Positions 1 through 8,694 of a DNA stretch of 64,000 nucleotides are shown here, piece by piece (the first letter of the stretch is position 1; each line of letters starts with the position of its first letter). The notes below the pieces were generated by a model. The model did not search any database and was not told the origin of the DNA. It saw only the letters and a program-made list of their open reading frames with translations. This DNA comes from Bacteroidales bacterium (lineage in GTDB: Bacteria > Bacteroidota > Bacteroidia > Bacteroidales > PUMT01). The position numbers and the translations under genes are program-made. Location: NCBI GenBank assembly GCA_007132715.1, contig SLOE01000050.1, forward strand, positions 4,640-68,639. The letters run 5' to 3'.

Positions 1-1353
1 TGCTGCCTGCTCGCTTCCCATAACCGATATCTTAGCGTTGGGCCACATGAAGAGCAGCCTGGGATCGTAGGCCCTTCCGGCCATGGCATAATTGCCCGCC
101 CCGAAGGAGCCCCCGAAAACGATGGTGAATTTGGGCACATTGGTGTTTGCCACGGCATTCACCAGCTTGGCGCCGTCGCGGGCTATCCCGCCGTGTTCGT
201 ATTTTTTGCCAACTATGAAACCCGTTATATTCTGCAGGAAGATCATGGGGATCTTTCTCACTGAGCAAAGCTCGATGAAATGGGCCCCCTTAAGGGAGGT
301 TTCTGAAAAGATCACCCCGTTGTTTGCCAGGATCCCCACGGGGAATCCGTTGATATGTGCAAAGCCGGTCACCAGCGTGGTGCCGTAGTTCGCCTTGAAT
401 TCATGGAAGCGGCTGCCATCGACGATACGGGCTATTATCTCCCTTGAGTCGACCGGCTTTTTCAGGTCAACGGGTGCCAGTCCCCACAACTCCTCAGGAT
501 CGTAGAAGGGTTCTGCAGGTGATGCCATGTCGAGCTGCTGTTTTTCGGGCACCCTGAGCGTAAGGAATATGTCCCGGCAGATCTGTATGGCATGCCTGTC
601 GTTCAAGGCAAGGTGATCGGCCACGCCCGATATTCCGGTATGGACAGCCGCGCCTCCAAGCTCTTCGGCTGTTACCTCTTCGCCGGTGGCTGCTTTGACC
701 AGCGGGGGGCCGCCAATGAAGATGGTACCCTGGTTTTTCACGATGATCGTTTCGTCGCACATGGCGGGCACATAGGCGCCGCCGGCGGTGCATGATCCCA
801 TGACGATGGCTATCTGAGGGATGCCGGCGGCCGACATCCTCGCCTGGTTATAGAAGAAACGGCCGAAATCGTTGCGGTCGGGAAACACATTTGCCTGTTC
901 GGGCAGGAAGACCCCGCCGGAGTCGACCATGTAGACGCAGGGCAGGTTGTTCTCCATGGCGACCTGCTGTGCCCTCAGGTGCTTTTTTATCGTCTCCTTT
1001 ACATAAGTGCCGCCTTTGACGGTGGCGTCGTTGGCTATGATAACCGTCTCCCTGCCGCATACTGCACCGATACCTGTCACAATTCCCGCCGAGGGGAAAT
1101 CGTCGTTGTACATGCCGTTGGCGGCCAGCGGCGACAACTCAATGAAGGGTGTGTTGGCATCGAGAAGCAGGTCGATGCGCTCACGGGCCAGGAGCTTGCC
1201 TCTCTCCTTGTGCTTTGCTACCGCCTTTGAGGTGCCGCCTTCCTGCACCTTGCGAAGCCGCCCGTTATAGTCAGACAGTATCTGTAAAAAGGATTCCCTG
1301 TTTTTTATGAACTCCGGCGAGCCGGTAAGGATGTTTGATTTTATTCTGTACAC
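1..1353 (-). CDS. Acyl-CoA carboxylase carboxyltransferase (beta) subunit, methylcrotonyl-/propionyl-CoA carboxylase-like. Partial: the C-terminus lies beyond the left edge.
   Basis: Absent from the ORF track because it is open at the window edge. My minus-strand translation is open for 451 codons: (GTG)[21 protein letters not shown]...[12 protein letters not shown]...[14 protein letters not shown]...[33 protein letters not shown]. These are typical carboxyltransferase motifs. Putative GTG start at 1353. Confidence 0.85.
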   Translation of the reverse strand, partial: MYRIKSNILTGSPEFIKNRESFLQILSDYNGRLRKVQEGGTSKAVAKHKERGKLLARERIDLLLDANTPFIELSPLAANGMYNDDFPSAGIVTGIGAVCGRETVIIANDATVKGGTYVKETIKKHLRAQQVAMENNLPCVYMVDSGGVFLPEQANVFPDRNDFGRFFYNQARMSAAGIPQIAIVMGSCTAGGAYVPAMCDETIIVKNQGTIFIGGPPLVKAATGEEVTAEELGGAAVHTGISGVADHLALNDRHAIQICRDIFLTLRVPEKQQLDMASPAEPFYDPEELWGLAPVDLKKPVDSREIIARIVDGSRFHEFKANYGTTLVTGFAHINGFPVGILANNGVIFSETSLKGAHFIELCSVRKIPMIFLQNITGFIVGKKYEHGGIARDGAKLVNAVANTNVPKFTIVFGGSFGAGNYAMAGRAYDPRLLFMWPNAKISVMGSEQAA

Positions 1354-1439
1354 CGGGTTGTTTTTTTGGTAACAATTAAAATACCAAATTATCGCCAATT
1401 TGTTCAAAATGCAAATAATTATTGACAGAGTTGCCGTTG

Positions 1440-2225
1440 CTAACGACTAGCCACCCCCAGTCTCCCGAAAAGCGACCTGGCTGCCTCATCGGGGCTGCCG
1501 GCCTCCTTAAGCGCTTTGAGATAGGCTGTGCCTATGATTGCCCCCGAGGTATGCTTCCATACGGTTTCGAGGGTGTTCCTGTTGTGAATTCCGAACCCGG
1601 TCATTACGGGATTCCCGAGATCGAGGCTGCCAAGCTTTTCGAGGTACTGCTCCTGTTCTCTGCTGAAAGATTCCTGCCTGCCTGTGGTGGATGATGCGCT
1701 TACCGCATAGATGAAGCCGCTGCCGAGGTTGTCGAGCATCCTTATTCTTTCAACGGTTGTTCCCGGGGTTACCAGGAAGATCATGTGAAGCTTGTGCCGG
1801 TTGAAAAGCTCCCTGTACTTATCCCTGTACTCCTCAGGCGGCAGGTCGGGTATTATCACCCCGCTCACCCCGGACTCTTCTGTCTTCCGGCAGAAAGTGC
1901 CCATGCCCATCTGCAGAACAGGGTTAAGGTATCCCATCAGTATGAGGGGTATTGAGATCCCGTTACGGGCACCGGCAAGCTGGCCGAGAAGCAGCCTTAG
2001 GTTCATGCCGTTGCGTATTGCGATACTGCTGGTCTCTTGTATAACGGGCCCGTCAGCCAGCGGATCGGAAAAGGGGAAACCCACTTCGAGGAAGTCCGCC
2101 CCGGCCTCCTCGAGGGAGCGGATAAGCGGTACTGTACTGTCGATGCGGGGGAAGCCCGCCGTCAGGTATATTGACAGGAGCTGCCGGTCCTTCCTTTTGA
2201 ACAGCTCATCAAGACGGTTCTGCAT
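1440..2225 (-). CDS. trpA: Tryptophan synthase alpha chain
   Basis: 261-aa ORF. The motifs [10 protein letters not shown]...[17 protein letters not shown] and the operon context match TrpA. Confidence 0.95.
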   Translation of the reverse strand: MQNRLDELFKRKDRQLLSIYLTAGFPRIDSTVPLIRSLEEAGADFLEVGFPFSDPLADGPVIQETSSIAIRNGMNLRLLLGQLAGARNGISIPLILMGYLNPVLQMGMGTFCRKTEESGVSGVIIPDLPPEEYRDKYRELFNRHKLHMIFLVTPGTTVERIRMLDNLGSGFIYAVSASSTTGRQESFSREQEQYLEKLGSLDLGNPVMTGFGIHNRNTLETVWKHTSGAIIGTAYLKALKEAGSPDEAARSLFGRLGVASR

Positions 2226-2246
2226 GATAGTCTTTTTTTTGGTTGT

Positions 2247-3434
2247 TTATTGATGCCTCTTTTGCATCGATTCGATATATGTGTCCATATCCTTGTCACC
2301 CCTGCCGCTCAGGTTTACTACAATAATATCGCTTTCGCGGAATTGCAGTTTATGGAGAGCCGCGATGGCATGGGCCGACTCCAGCGCGGGGATGATACCT
2401 TCCAGCCTGGTGAGCAGGTGAGCAGCCTCAACAGCCTCTTTATCGGTTACCGCCAGGTAACGGGCCCTTCCCGTTCTGTGGAGGTAGGAATGGAGGGGGC
2501 CTATACCCGGGTAATCGAGTCCCGCCGAAACGGAGTGAGCCTCCAGTATTTGTCCCCCTCCATCCTGCATCATCAGCGTCCTGCAGCCGTGGATAATTCC
2601 TGCCGAGCCGGTTGCAATGGTGGCCGCGGTCTTCCCGCTGCCGACACCTTCGCCGGCAGCCTCGGCGCCCACCAGCTTAACCTTTTCATCGGCTATGTAA
2701 TGGTAGAACGTACCTGCGGCATTGCTGCCGCCGCCTACACATGCCACGATGATGTCCGGATCGGGCCTGCCTTTCTTCTCCATGAGCTGGATCTTCATCT
2801 CTGCGGAGATAACGGACTGCAGCCTGGCGACCAGGTCGGGGTAGGGGTGGGGGCCGATGGTTGATCCGATAAGGTAATAGACCTCCGGATGGTTGATCCA
2901 GTACCTTATCGCCTCGTTGGTCGCGTCCTTCAGGGTCCGGCTGCCGGATGACACGGGAACAACCTCGGCTCCGAGCATCTTCATGCGCAACACGTTGGGC
3001 TGCTGTCTCTGCACATCCTTCTCTCCCATAAAGACACGGCAGGGCAGGTCCAGCAGCGCGCAGACCGTGGCAGTGGCTACGCCGTGCTGTCCGGCGCCGG
3101 TCTCTGCTATCACCTCCCTTTTATTCATCTCCATTGCCACAAGTGCCTGCCCGATCACGTTGTTGAGCTTGTGGGAGCCCGTATGGCACAAATCCTCCCT
3201 CTTCAGGTAGATCTTTGCCCCTAAGGCCCCGGAGAGGCTTTCTGCAAGGAACAGCGGAGTGGGCCGGCCGGCATAATCTTTAAGCAGACTGTTGAATCTA
3301 TCTTTGAATGAGGTCGACTCGAGTATGGCCTCATACGATGATGCAAGCTGCTCAATATTAGGGTAGAGCATCTCCGGTACCCAGGAGCCCCCGAACTCTC
3401 CGTAAAATCCTTTATTGTCAATTAACCTGTTCAT
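2247..3434 (-). CDS. trpB: Tryptophan synthase beta chain
   Basis: 395-aa ORF. FGGSWVPE, HTGSHKLNN (PLP lysine) and GGGSNAAG are canonical TrpB motifs. Confidence 0.97.
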   Translation of the reverse strand: MNRLIDNKGFYGEFGGSWVPEMLYPNIEQLASSYEAILESTSFKDRFNSLLKDYAGRPTPLFLAESLSGALGAKIYLKREDLCHTGSHKLNNVIGQALVAMEMNKREVIAETGAGQHGVATATVCALLDLPCRVFMGEKDVQRQQPNVLRMKMLGAEVVPVSSGSRTLKDATNEAIRYWINHPEVYYLIGSTIGPHPYPDLVARLQSVISAEMKIQLMEKKGRPDPDIIVACVGGGSNAAGTFYHYIADEKVKLVGAEAAGEGVGSGKTAATIATGSAGIIHGCRTLMMQDGGGQILEAHSVSAGLDYPGIGPLHSYLHRTGRARYLAVTDKEAVEAAHLLTRLEGIIPALESAHAIAALHKLQFRESDIIVVNLSGRGDKDMDTYIESMQKRHQ

Positions 3435-3457
3435 ATTCTCATCAATATCTCTTGTGA

Positions 3458-4081
3458 TTATTGTTTTGTCCTCAGTCCGGCAATGAAATGCCTGAGCGAC
3501 TGTACGCTTTTATATCCCGGCGATATCTCAAACCTGCTGTTCACATCCACACCGTACATTTTTCTGATATCGATCCCGCGCAGGTACTCAAGGTCGGTGT
3601 CGCCAATGCCCCCGCTCAGGAAAAAGGGGGTGGACAGACCGTAGCCCTCCAGTATGGCATGATTGAACTTTATGCTGTTGCCACCGTGGTACTTCCCTCT
3701 TGCATCGAACAGGAAATAGTTGCAGTTGCCCTCATAGAGGCCGATGTCAGACGGCAGACTGTCAGCTATCCTGAATGCCTTTATAACTTCGCAGTGGTTC
3801 ATCAACTCCCGGCAGTAGTCCGGCTCCTCATCGCCGTGAAGCTGCACGGCGTCAAACCCGTGCCTGGCCACCAGTCCGCGTACTTCCTGCAACGGCCTGT
3901 CCACCACAACGGCTACCTTTTTTACTGCCGGTGGTATAGCGCTTAGCTGCAACTGCCCTATTGTGACGGTAACATCCCTGGGTGACCCGGGATAGAAGAC
4001 AAAACCCATGTAATCGGGTTGCAGCAGTGCTATCTCACTCAGGTTGCGGTTATTTGCAATTCCGCATACTTTTATCTTCAT
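3458..4081 (-). CDS. trpF: Phosphoribosylanthranilate isomerase
   Basis: 207-aa ORF starting MKIKVCGI with ...DYMGFVF...VQLHG, lying between trpC and trpB. Confidence 0.9.
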   Translation of the reverse strand: MKIKVCGIANNRNLSEIALLQPDYMGFVFYPGSPRDVTVTIGQLQLSAIPPAVKKVAVVVDRPLQEVRGLVARHGFDAVQLHGDEEPDYCRELMNHCEVIKAFRIADSLPSDIGLYEGNCNYFLFDARGKYHGGNSIKFNHAILEGYGLSTPFFLSGGIGDTDLEYLRGIDIRKMYGVDVNSRFEISPGYKSVQSLRHFIAGLRTKQ

Positions 4082-4085
4082 CTTT

Positions 4086-4865
4086 TTACAGTTCGTTAAT
4101 AAATTTATTGCATGCGGCGGCAGGGTCGGTGGCCCTCATAAACAGAGTGCCGATCAGAAATCCCCTGTACCCGGCGCTTTTAAGTCCGGTAACGGACCTT
4201 GCCGATTCTATCCCGCTCTCCGCTATCATGGTGCACCCTTCAGGTAGTTTCGCCGCCATCTTATGCAGCAGAGCGGTGTTTACGCTGAAATCACCCAGGT
4301 TCCTGCTGTTGACACCCACCAGTCGCACCCCGGCAGGCAGCTTCCCTATGCCGCTTTCATCGTGTATCTCGAACAGCACTTCGAGTCCGAGAAGCCCGGC
4401 AAGATATGAGAGGTTCTCCATCTCACTGCGGCTGAGGATATCGGCAATGAGCAGTATGGCATCGGCGCCGATACTTTTCGATTCAAGCACCTGGTACTCA
4501 TCTATTATAAACTCCTTTCTGAGCAGTGGTCCCCCACATCGCTCCCTTACCCCGAGCAGGTCGTCGTTGCTGCCGCCAAAGAAGCGGTTGTCGGTGAGCA
4601 CCGATACTGCCGCGGCCCCCGCCTCGAAGTAGCCCGCGCAAACAGCAGCCGGCTGAACAGTATCGTTGATCACCCCCTGTGAAGGCGAGCGCCTCTTGAA
4701 CTCCGCTATTATCCCGGTGCTGTCTTTATCATTAAGAGTCTCCTTTAGTGAACTGACAGGCCTTTCGAAGTGGATGCCCTTTTCGAGGATGGCTGCCGGA
4801 ACCGACGCCTTTAACGCATCAACCTCCTTTAGCTTTGCCTTAACTATCTTTTCGAGTATTGTCAT
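4086..4865 (-). CDS. trpC: Indole-3-glycerol-phosphate synthase
   Basis: 259-aa ORF. GIIAEFKRRSPS, RKEFIIDEYQ and VGVNSRNL are IGPS motifs. Confidence 0.93.
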   Translation of the reverse strand: MTILEKIVKAKLKEVDALKASVPAAILEKGIHFERPVSSLKETLNDKDSTGIIAEFKRRSPSQGVINDTVQPAAVCAGYFEAGAAAVSVLTDNRFFGGSNDDLLGVRERCGGPLLRKEFIIDEYQVLESKSIGADAILLIADILSRSEMENLSYLAGLLGLEVLFEIHDESGIGKLPAGVRLVGVNSRNLGDFSVNTALLHKMAAKLPEGCTMIAESGIESARSVTGLKSAGYRGFLIGTLFMRATDPAAACNKFINEL

Positions 4866-4938
4866 TATCCAATTTATTCAGCAGTTTGCTGCAGACCGGC
4901 CGGGGAGTTCCGGCATCAGACTGCGGCGGGCACTGCTT

Positions 4939-5931
4939 TTACTGCATTTCCATCAGTTTTTTAAAACAGCCGTAAGCTCTTCCCGACTCGAGCGATTCCC
5001 GTGCTATGCCGACGCACCGGTCCAGATCCGTTCCGGGCCTGCTGCAGGAGATGGCCAGGGCCGAGTTTGCAAGCACGGTGTTTTTTTGTGCACCGGTACA
5101 CCTGTTCTCAAGAACGCCAAGGAAAATGGCAGCCGCCTCTTCGAGGGTGTCGCCCCCGTGAAGATCGGCGGCGCTGTTTTGCGGCATACCGAAGTCACCC
5201 GCACCGAGAAGCCCTTCGCCGGCAGGGGAGAATACCTTTATGCCGGCGGTGAGCGACACCTCATCGTAACCGTCGAGGCTGTGCAGCACTATATACTTTT
5301 TCTGCTCTTTCTGCATCAGGTAGTTGTACAGGCGTCCGGCTTCGATGCTGAATACGCCGCTGAGCTGGCATGGCGGGTCGGCCGGGTTCACCAGCGGGCC
5401 CATGATGTTGAAGATGGTCTTGATGCCGAGCTGTTTGCGTATTGGTCCCACTGCCTTCAGGGCAGGATGGAAAAGGGGGGCGTGCATGAAGCAGATGCCC
5501 GCCTTGTCGATCTCCCTTTTCAGCTTGTCGTTGCTGTTGGAGAACCTGTACCCGAAGTGCTCCATCATGTTGGAGGAGCCCGAGAGCGACGATACCCCGT
5601 AATTGCCGTGCTTGGCCACGGGTATGCCGGCGCCTGCGACCACGAACGAGGTAAGGGTAGATATGTTGAAGGTGTTCTTGCCGTCACCTCCCGTGCCGCA
5701 TACATCGATCATCTCTTCTCCGTTCAGGTCGGCCTTTACCGCCAGCTCCAGCAGCGCGTCCCTGAACCCGAGAAGCTCGCCGGGTGTTATGCTTCTCATG
5801 ATGTAGGATGAGAGCACTGCCGCTATCTGCGCCTCGTTGAGCTCCTGCCGGGCAATGCCGTGCATCAGCCTGCCGGCCTCTTCGCGGTCTAGCTGCTGTG
5901 ATTCCAATAATTTGTTCAGAATATCCTTCAT
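4939..5931 (-). CDS. trpD: Anthranilate phosphoribosyltransferase
   Basis: 330-aa ORF. DVCGTGGDGKNTFNIST and KHGN are TrpD signatures. Confidence 0.95.
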   Translation of the reverse strand: MKDILNKLLESQQLDREEAGRLMHGIARQELNEAQIAAVLSSYIMRSITPGELLGFRDALLELAVKADLNGEEMIDVCGTGGDGKNTFNISTLTSFVVAGAGIPVAKHGNYGVSSLSGSSNMMEHFGYRFSNSNDKLKREIDKAGICFMHAPLFHPALKAVGPIRKQLGIKTIFNIMGPLVNPADPPCQLSGVFSIEAGRLYNYLMQKEQKKYIVLHSLDGYDEVSLTAGIKVFSPAGEGLLGAGDFGMPQNSAADLHGGDTLEEAAAIFLGVLENRCTGAQKNTVLANSALAISCSRPGTDLDRCVGIARESLESGRAYGCFKKLMEMQ

Positions 5932-6213
5932 GTTATTTGGTCTGATAAATTTTGATGGGGGTTCATGTTATTTTGTCTACCGAAGGCTGATGCGGGCTTC
6001 ATCTGCATAAAGTAGGTTTATCAAGTTAATATTCAATTAATTATGTTTGACAGGTAATTCATACTCAGTGTTTCAATTCCGATGAATGTCACATCTGATC
6101 ATTTTTGCTAAAAGATAAATTATATTGCATGTGAGATCGACGAAGTCAAACCCCCATGCTTTATACATATCTTTTTGTGAGCTTTAGCTCATGGGCGTTT
6201 CGTTTTAAAAAGT

Positions 6214-6795
6214 TCAGCTCTCAAAGCCCCTGAGCCAGTTGAAAACTATCTTTTTACCGTCGGGTGTAAGAATCGATTCGGGATGGAACTGAACGCCGCA
6301 CACGTCGAGCTCGCGGTGACTCATGGCCATTATATATTGCTCATCGTCAACGGCATCGATCCGGAGGGTTTCCGGCACCCTGTCCCTTCTGACCACCCAC
6401 GAATGGTACCTTCCGCCCTGAAACCTCTCCGGCAGTCCCCCGAAAAGATAATGTACCGGCTCCAGCAGCGTAATGGTGGTTGCAACACCGTGGTACACCT
6501 TGTCGGTGTTGAGCAGGCTGCCCCCGAAAACCTCGGCTATGGCCTGCAGTCCCAGACAAACCCCGAAGATCCTCTTCTTCTCCTTGTACATGTCGATTAT
6601 CCTCAGCAGGTCGCCCGACTCCGACGGGATGCCGGGACCGGGGGAGAGGAGGATGCCGTCATACTGCTCAACCGATGCGAGGTCGATCTTGTCGTTCCTG
6701 AGGACCTCGGTGGTGTGGCCCGGGCACTCATTCACGTAATGGACGAGATTGTAAGTGAATGAGTCGTAATTGTCTACTATAAGGATTTTTGCCAT
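6214..6795 (-). CDS. trpG: Anthranilate synthase component II (glutamine amidotransferase)
   Basis: 193-aa ORF starting ILIVDNYDSFTYNL. It has GVCLGLQAI (catalytic Cys) and FHPES, and sits directly downstream of trpE. Confidence 0.93.
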   Translation of the reverse strand: MAKILIVDNYDSFTYNLVHYVNECPGHTTEVLRNDKIDLASVEQYDGILLSPGPGIPSESGDLLRIIDMYKEKKRIFGVCLGLQAIAEVFGGSLLNTDKVYHGVATTITLLEPVHYLFGGLPERFQGGRYHSWVVRRDRVPETLRIDAVDDEQYIMAMSHRELDVCGVQFHPESILTPDGKKIVFNWLRGFES

Positions 6796-6801
6796 GGTCT
6801 G

Positions 6802-8208
6802 TTATTTGAGGTTTTCTGCCATCTTCAGCGCCTGCTTGAGCGCCGAGAGCTTACTGTTTACCTCGGCGAGCTCTTTCGCCGGGTCTGATCCTATTACTAT
6901 CCCCGCGCCGGCCTGGTAAACGAGTCTGCCGGCAAAGCTTGCGAATGACCTTATCATTATCGCATGGTTGAGCGAGCCTTCCAGTCCCATAAATCCTATC
7001 GCGCCGCCGTAGTATCCGCGGGCGGTGGGCTCTATGCTGCCGATAAGCTTCAGGGCCTTGTGCTTGGGTGCCCCCGAAAGGGTCCCCGCCGGAAAGGTGT
7101 CGGCAAACACCCGGTAGGTACCCGACTTGCCAAATAGCTCGCCGGTAACGGTCGATACAAGGTGAATGACATGCGAGTAGGCATGCACCTCCTTGTAGCT
7201 GCTTACCCTGACACCGGCTGAGTGCCTGCTCAGGTCGTTCCTTGCAAGATCGACCAGCATGGAGTGTTCGGAGTTCTCCTTGGGATCGGCAAGGAGCGCC
7301 TTTGCCAGTCCCTCATCGCTCATCCTGTCGCCCGTCCTGGGTATGGTACCTGCTATCGGATTTATCGTGGCCATGCCGTTGCTCACCTGGAGCTGCGCCT
7401 CCGGCGAGGAACCGAAAAGCCTGTAGCCCAGATAATCGAAATAGAACAGGTAGGGAGAGGGGTTAACAGACCTCAGGGCGCGGTACACTGAGAACTCGTC
7501 GCCGTGGTATGCCTGCTCGTACTTCCGCGAAAGCACTATCTGGAACACATCGCCCCTGGCACAGTGTTTTTTGCCCTGCTCAACCATCTCCAGGTATGTT
7601 TCGTCGTCGAGGTTGCTTGTCTCTTCGCCCCTGGTCTCGAACGGAAAGGTCGTGGTGTTGCGGTTGGCAAGCAGTGAGAGTATTCTGCCTGCAAGTTGAC
7701 CTAAAGACCCGTCCTCCAGCTCGCAGATGGTCATTGTGCTGTTGAAGTGGTTTATTGCGATCACCACCGAATAGAGGTCGTACCTGAGCAGGGGGATGGG
7801 GTAGCCTGGCTGTGCGGGCCTTATGTCAACATTGTCGAACAGGTTTACCGCCTCCCAGGAGGTGAAGCCGAACAGTCCGGGAAAGAGCTTGTCGCCGGGA
7901 AGTCCTTCGATCCTGACCGACCGGGCAAAGTCATCAACCGCGTCAACCGCATCAGCGCCTTTTTCAATGGGTGTGATCACAGGCTGTTGTTGCCCGTGGA
8001 ACTGCCTGATACTTTTGCCGGTTACCTCAATTCCTGCTACCGGATTGAGACATATATAGGAAAAGGCATCCTGTCGCGAGCTGTAATCGGTGCATTCGAG
8101 CAGCAGGCTCTGGGGGAAAGAGTCGCGTAACCGCAGGTAGATGCCCACCGGTGTCAGGGTGTCGGCAGGGTATTCGCGGACTTCAGCTTTGAGGGTTAAT
8201 TTTTCCAT
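6802..8208 (-). CDS. trpE: Anthranilate synthase component I
   Basis: 468-aa ORF. It has the chorismate-binding C-terminal motifs GTLSGAPK and GYYGGAIG, and LLECT near the N-terminus. Confidence 0.95.
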   Translation of the reverse strand: MEKLTLKAEVREYPADTLTPVGIYLRLRDSFPQSLLLECTDYSSRQDAFSYICLNPVAGIEVTGKSIRQFHGQQQPVITPIEKGADAVDAVDDFARSVRIEGLPGDKLFPGLFGFTSWEAVNLFDNVDIRPAQPGYPIPLLRYDLYSVVIAINHFNSTMTICELEDGSLGQLAGRILSLLANRNTTTFPFETRGEETSNLDDETYLEMVEQGKKHCARGDVFQIVLSRKYEQAYHGDEFSVYRALRSVNPSPYLFYFDYLGYRLFGSSPEAQLQVSNGMATINPIAGTIPRTGDRMSDEGLAKALLADPKENSEHSMLVDLARNDLSRHSAGVRVSSYKEVHAYSHVIHLVSTVTGELFGKSGTYRVFADTFPAGTLSGAPKHKALKLIGSIEPTARGYYGGAIGFMGLEGSLNHAIMIRSFASFAGRLVYQAGAGIVIGSDPAKELAEVNSKLSALKQALKMAENLK

Positions 8209-8229
8209 CTGTTTATGCTTAAGGGTTTT

Positions 8230-8262
8230 AAACGAAAAGAGCCCGCTATGTTAAGCGGGCTC
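8230..8262 (-). terminator. trp attenuator: intrinsic terminator between the leader peptide and trpE
   Basis: The minus-strand RNA reads GAGCCCGC-UUAACAUA-GCGGGCUC (8-bp GC-rich stem) followed by UUUUCGUUU. It ends about 20 nt before the trpE ATG. The competing pairing is 8317-8305 with 8256-8244 (13 nt, perfect). Confidence 0.75.
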
Positions 8263-8291
8263 CTCGTATATTGTCATATAATCGACGGTCA

Positions 8292-8369
8292 TTACACACA
8301 ACGGCGCTTAACATAGCTTTTGATCTTGCCATGCCACCACCAGATGTTGTATGTATTAATACCAGTCAT
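8292..8369 (-). CDS. trp operon leader peptide (25 aa, three consecutive Trp codons)
   Basis: Hand translation gives ATG ACT GGT ATT AAT ACA TAC AAC ATC TGG TGG TGG CAT GGC AAG ATC AAA AGC TAT GTT AAG CGC CGT TGT GTG TAA, i.e. MTGINTYNIWWWHGKIKSYVKRRCV. It is below the ORF-track size cutoff. Confidence 0.75.
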   Translation of the reverse strand: MTGINTYNIWWWHGKIKSYVKRRCV

Positions 8370-8503
8370 AGTCTTTACTGTTTTGACACGGTAAAAGTAC
8401 AATATTTTTTAAAAAAACAGCACGGGTGAAAAAAAAATCGTAAGAGATGACTGCGTACAAAAAAAAATCACTATTATTGCAGGTGAATAAGACCGGATAT
8501 TTT

Positions 8504-8581
8504 ATGGCATCGTTACATACATATTACGCATGGAGCTTTTTTTTCTTTTATTTTCAGAATAAAAGGGGCCATGCTGTGTAG
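8504..8581 (+). CDS. Aromatic amino acid (Phe/Tyr/Trp-rich) leader peptide upstream of the tyrA-aro operon
   Basis: Hand translation gives MASLHTYYAWSFFFFYFQNKRGHAV followed by a stop. Nine of 11 consecutive codons are aromatic. A terminator hairpin lies 30 nt downstream. Confidence 0.7.
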   Translation: MASLHTYYAWSFFFFYFQNKRGHAV

Positions 8582-8610
8582 TGAACTGTTCATATAACTA
8601 TAAGAGACAA

Positions 8611-8643
8611 AAAGGGCCCCTTGAAATTCAAGGGGCTTTTTTT
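8611..8643 (+). terminator. aro-operon attenuator: intrinsic terminator
   Basis: GCCCCUUGA-AAU-UCAAGGGGC (9-bp perfect stem, 8616-8636) followed by seven U (8637-8643) and preceded by an A-run. Leader segment AAGGGGCC (8563-8570) is complementary to GGCCCCUU (8615-8622) and could act as the antiterminator. Confidence 0.75.
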
Positions 8644-8694
8644 GTAGGGTCCCTGAAGGAAGGGGCGACGCAATGAAAGATATAATAAAATATT

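Noticed and set aside
4666-5811. 381-aa plus-strand ORF that overlaps trpC and trpD
   Set aside because: It is antisense to two genes with unmistakable Trp-pathway motifs. Its translation is Arg/Ala/Gly-rich with no recognisable motif, which is typical of a shadow ORF in GC-rich coding DNA.
5932-6213. Mobile-element remnant (MITE or IS scar) in the trpG-trpD spacer
   Set aside because: I found no terminal inverted repeats, target-site duplication or transposase fragment. I kept it only as a low-interest compositional oddity.
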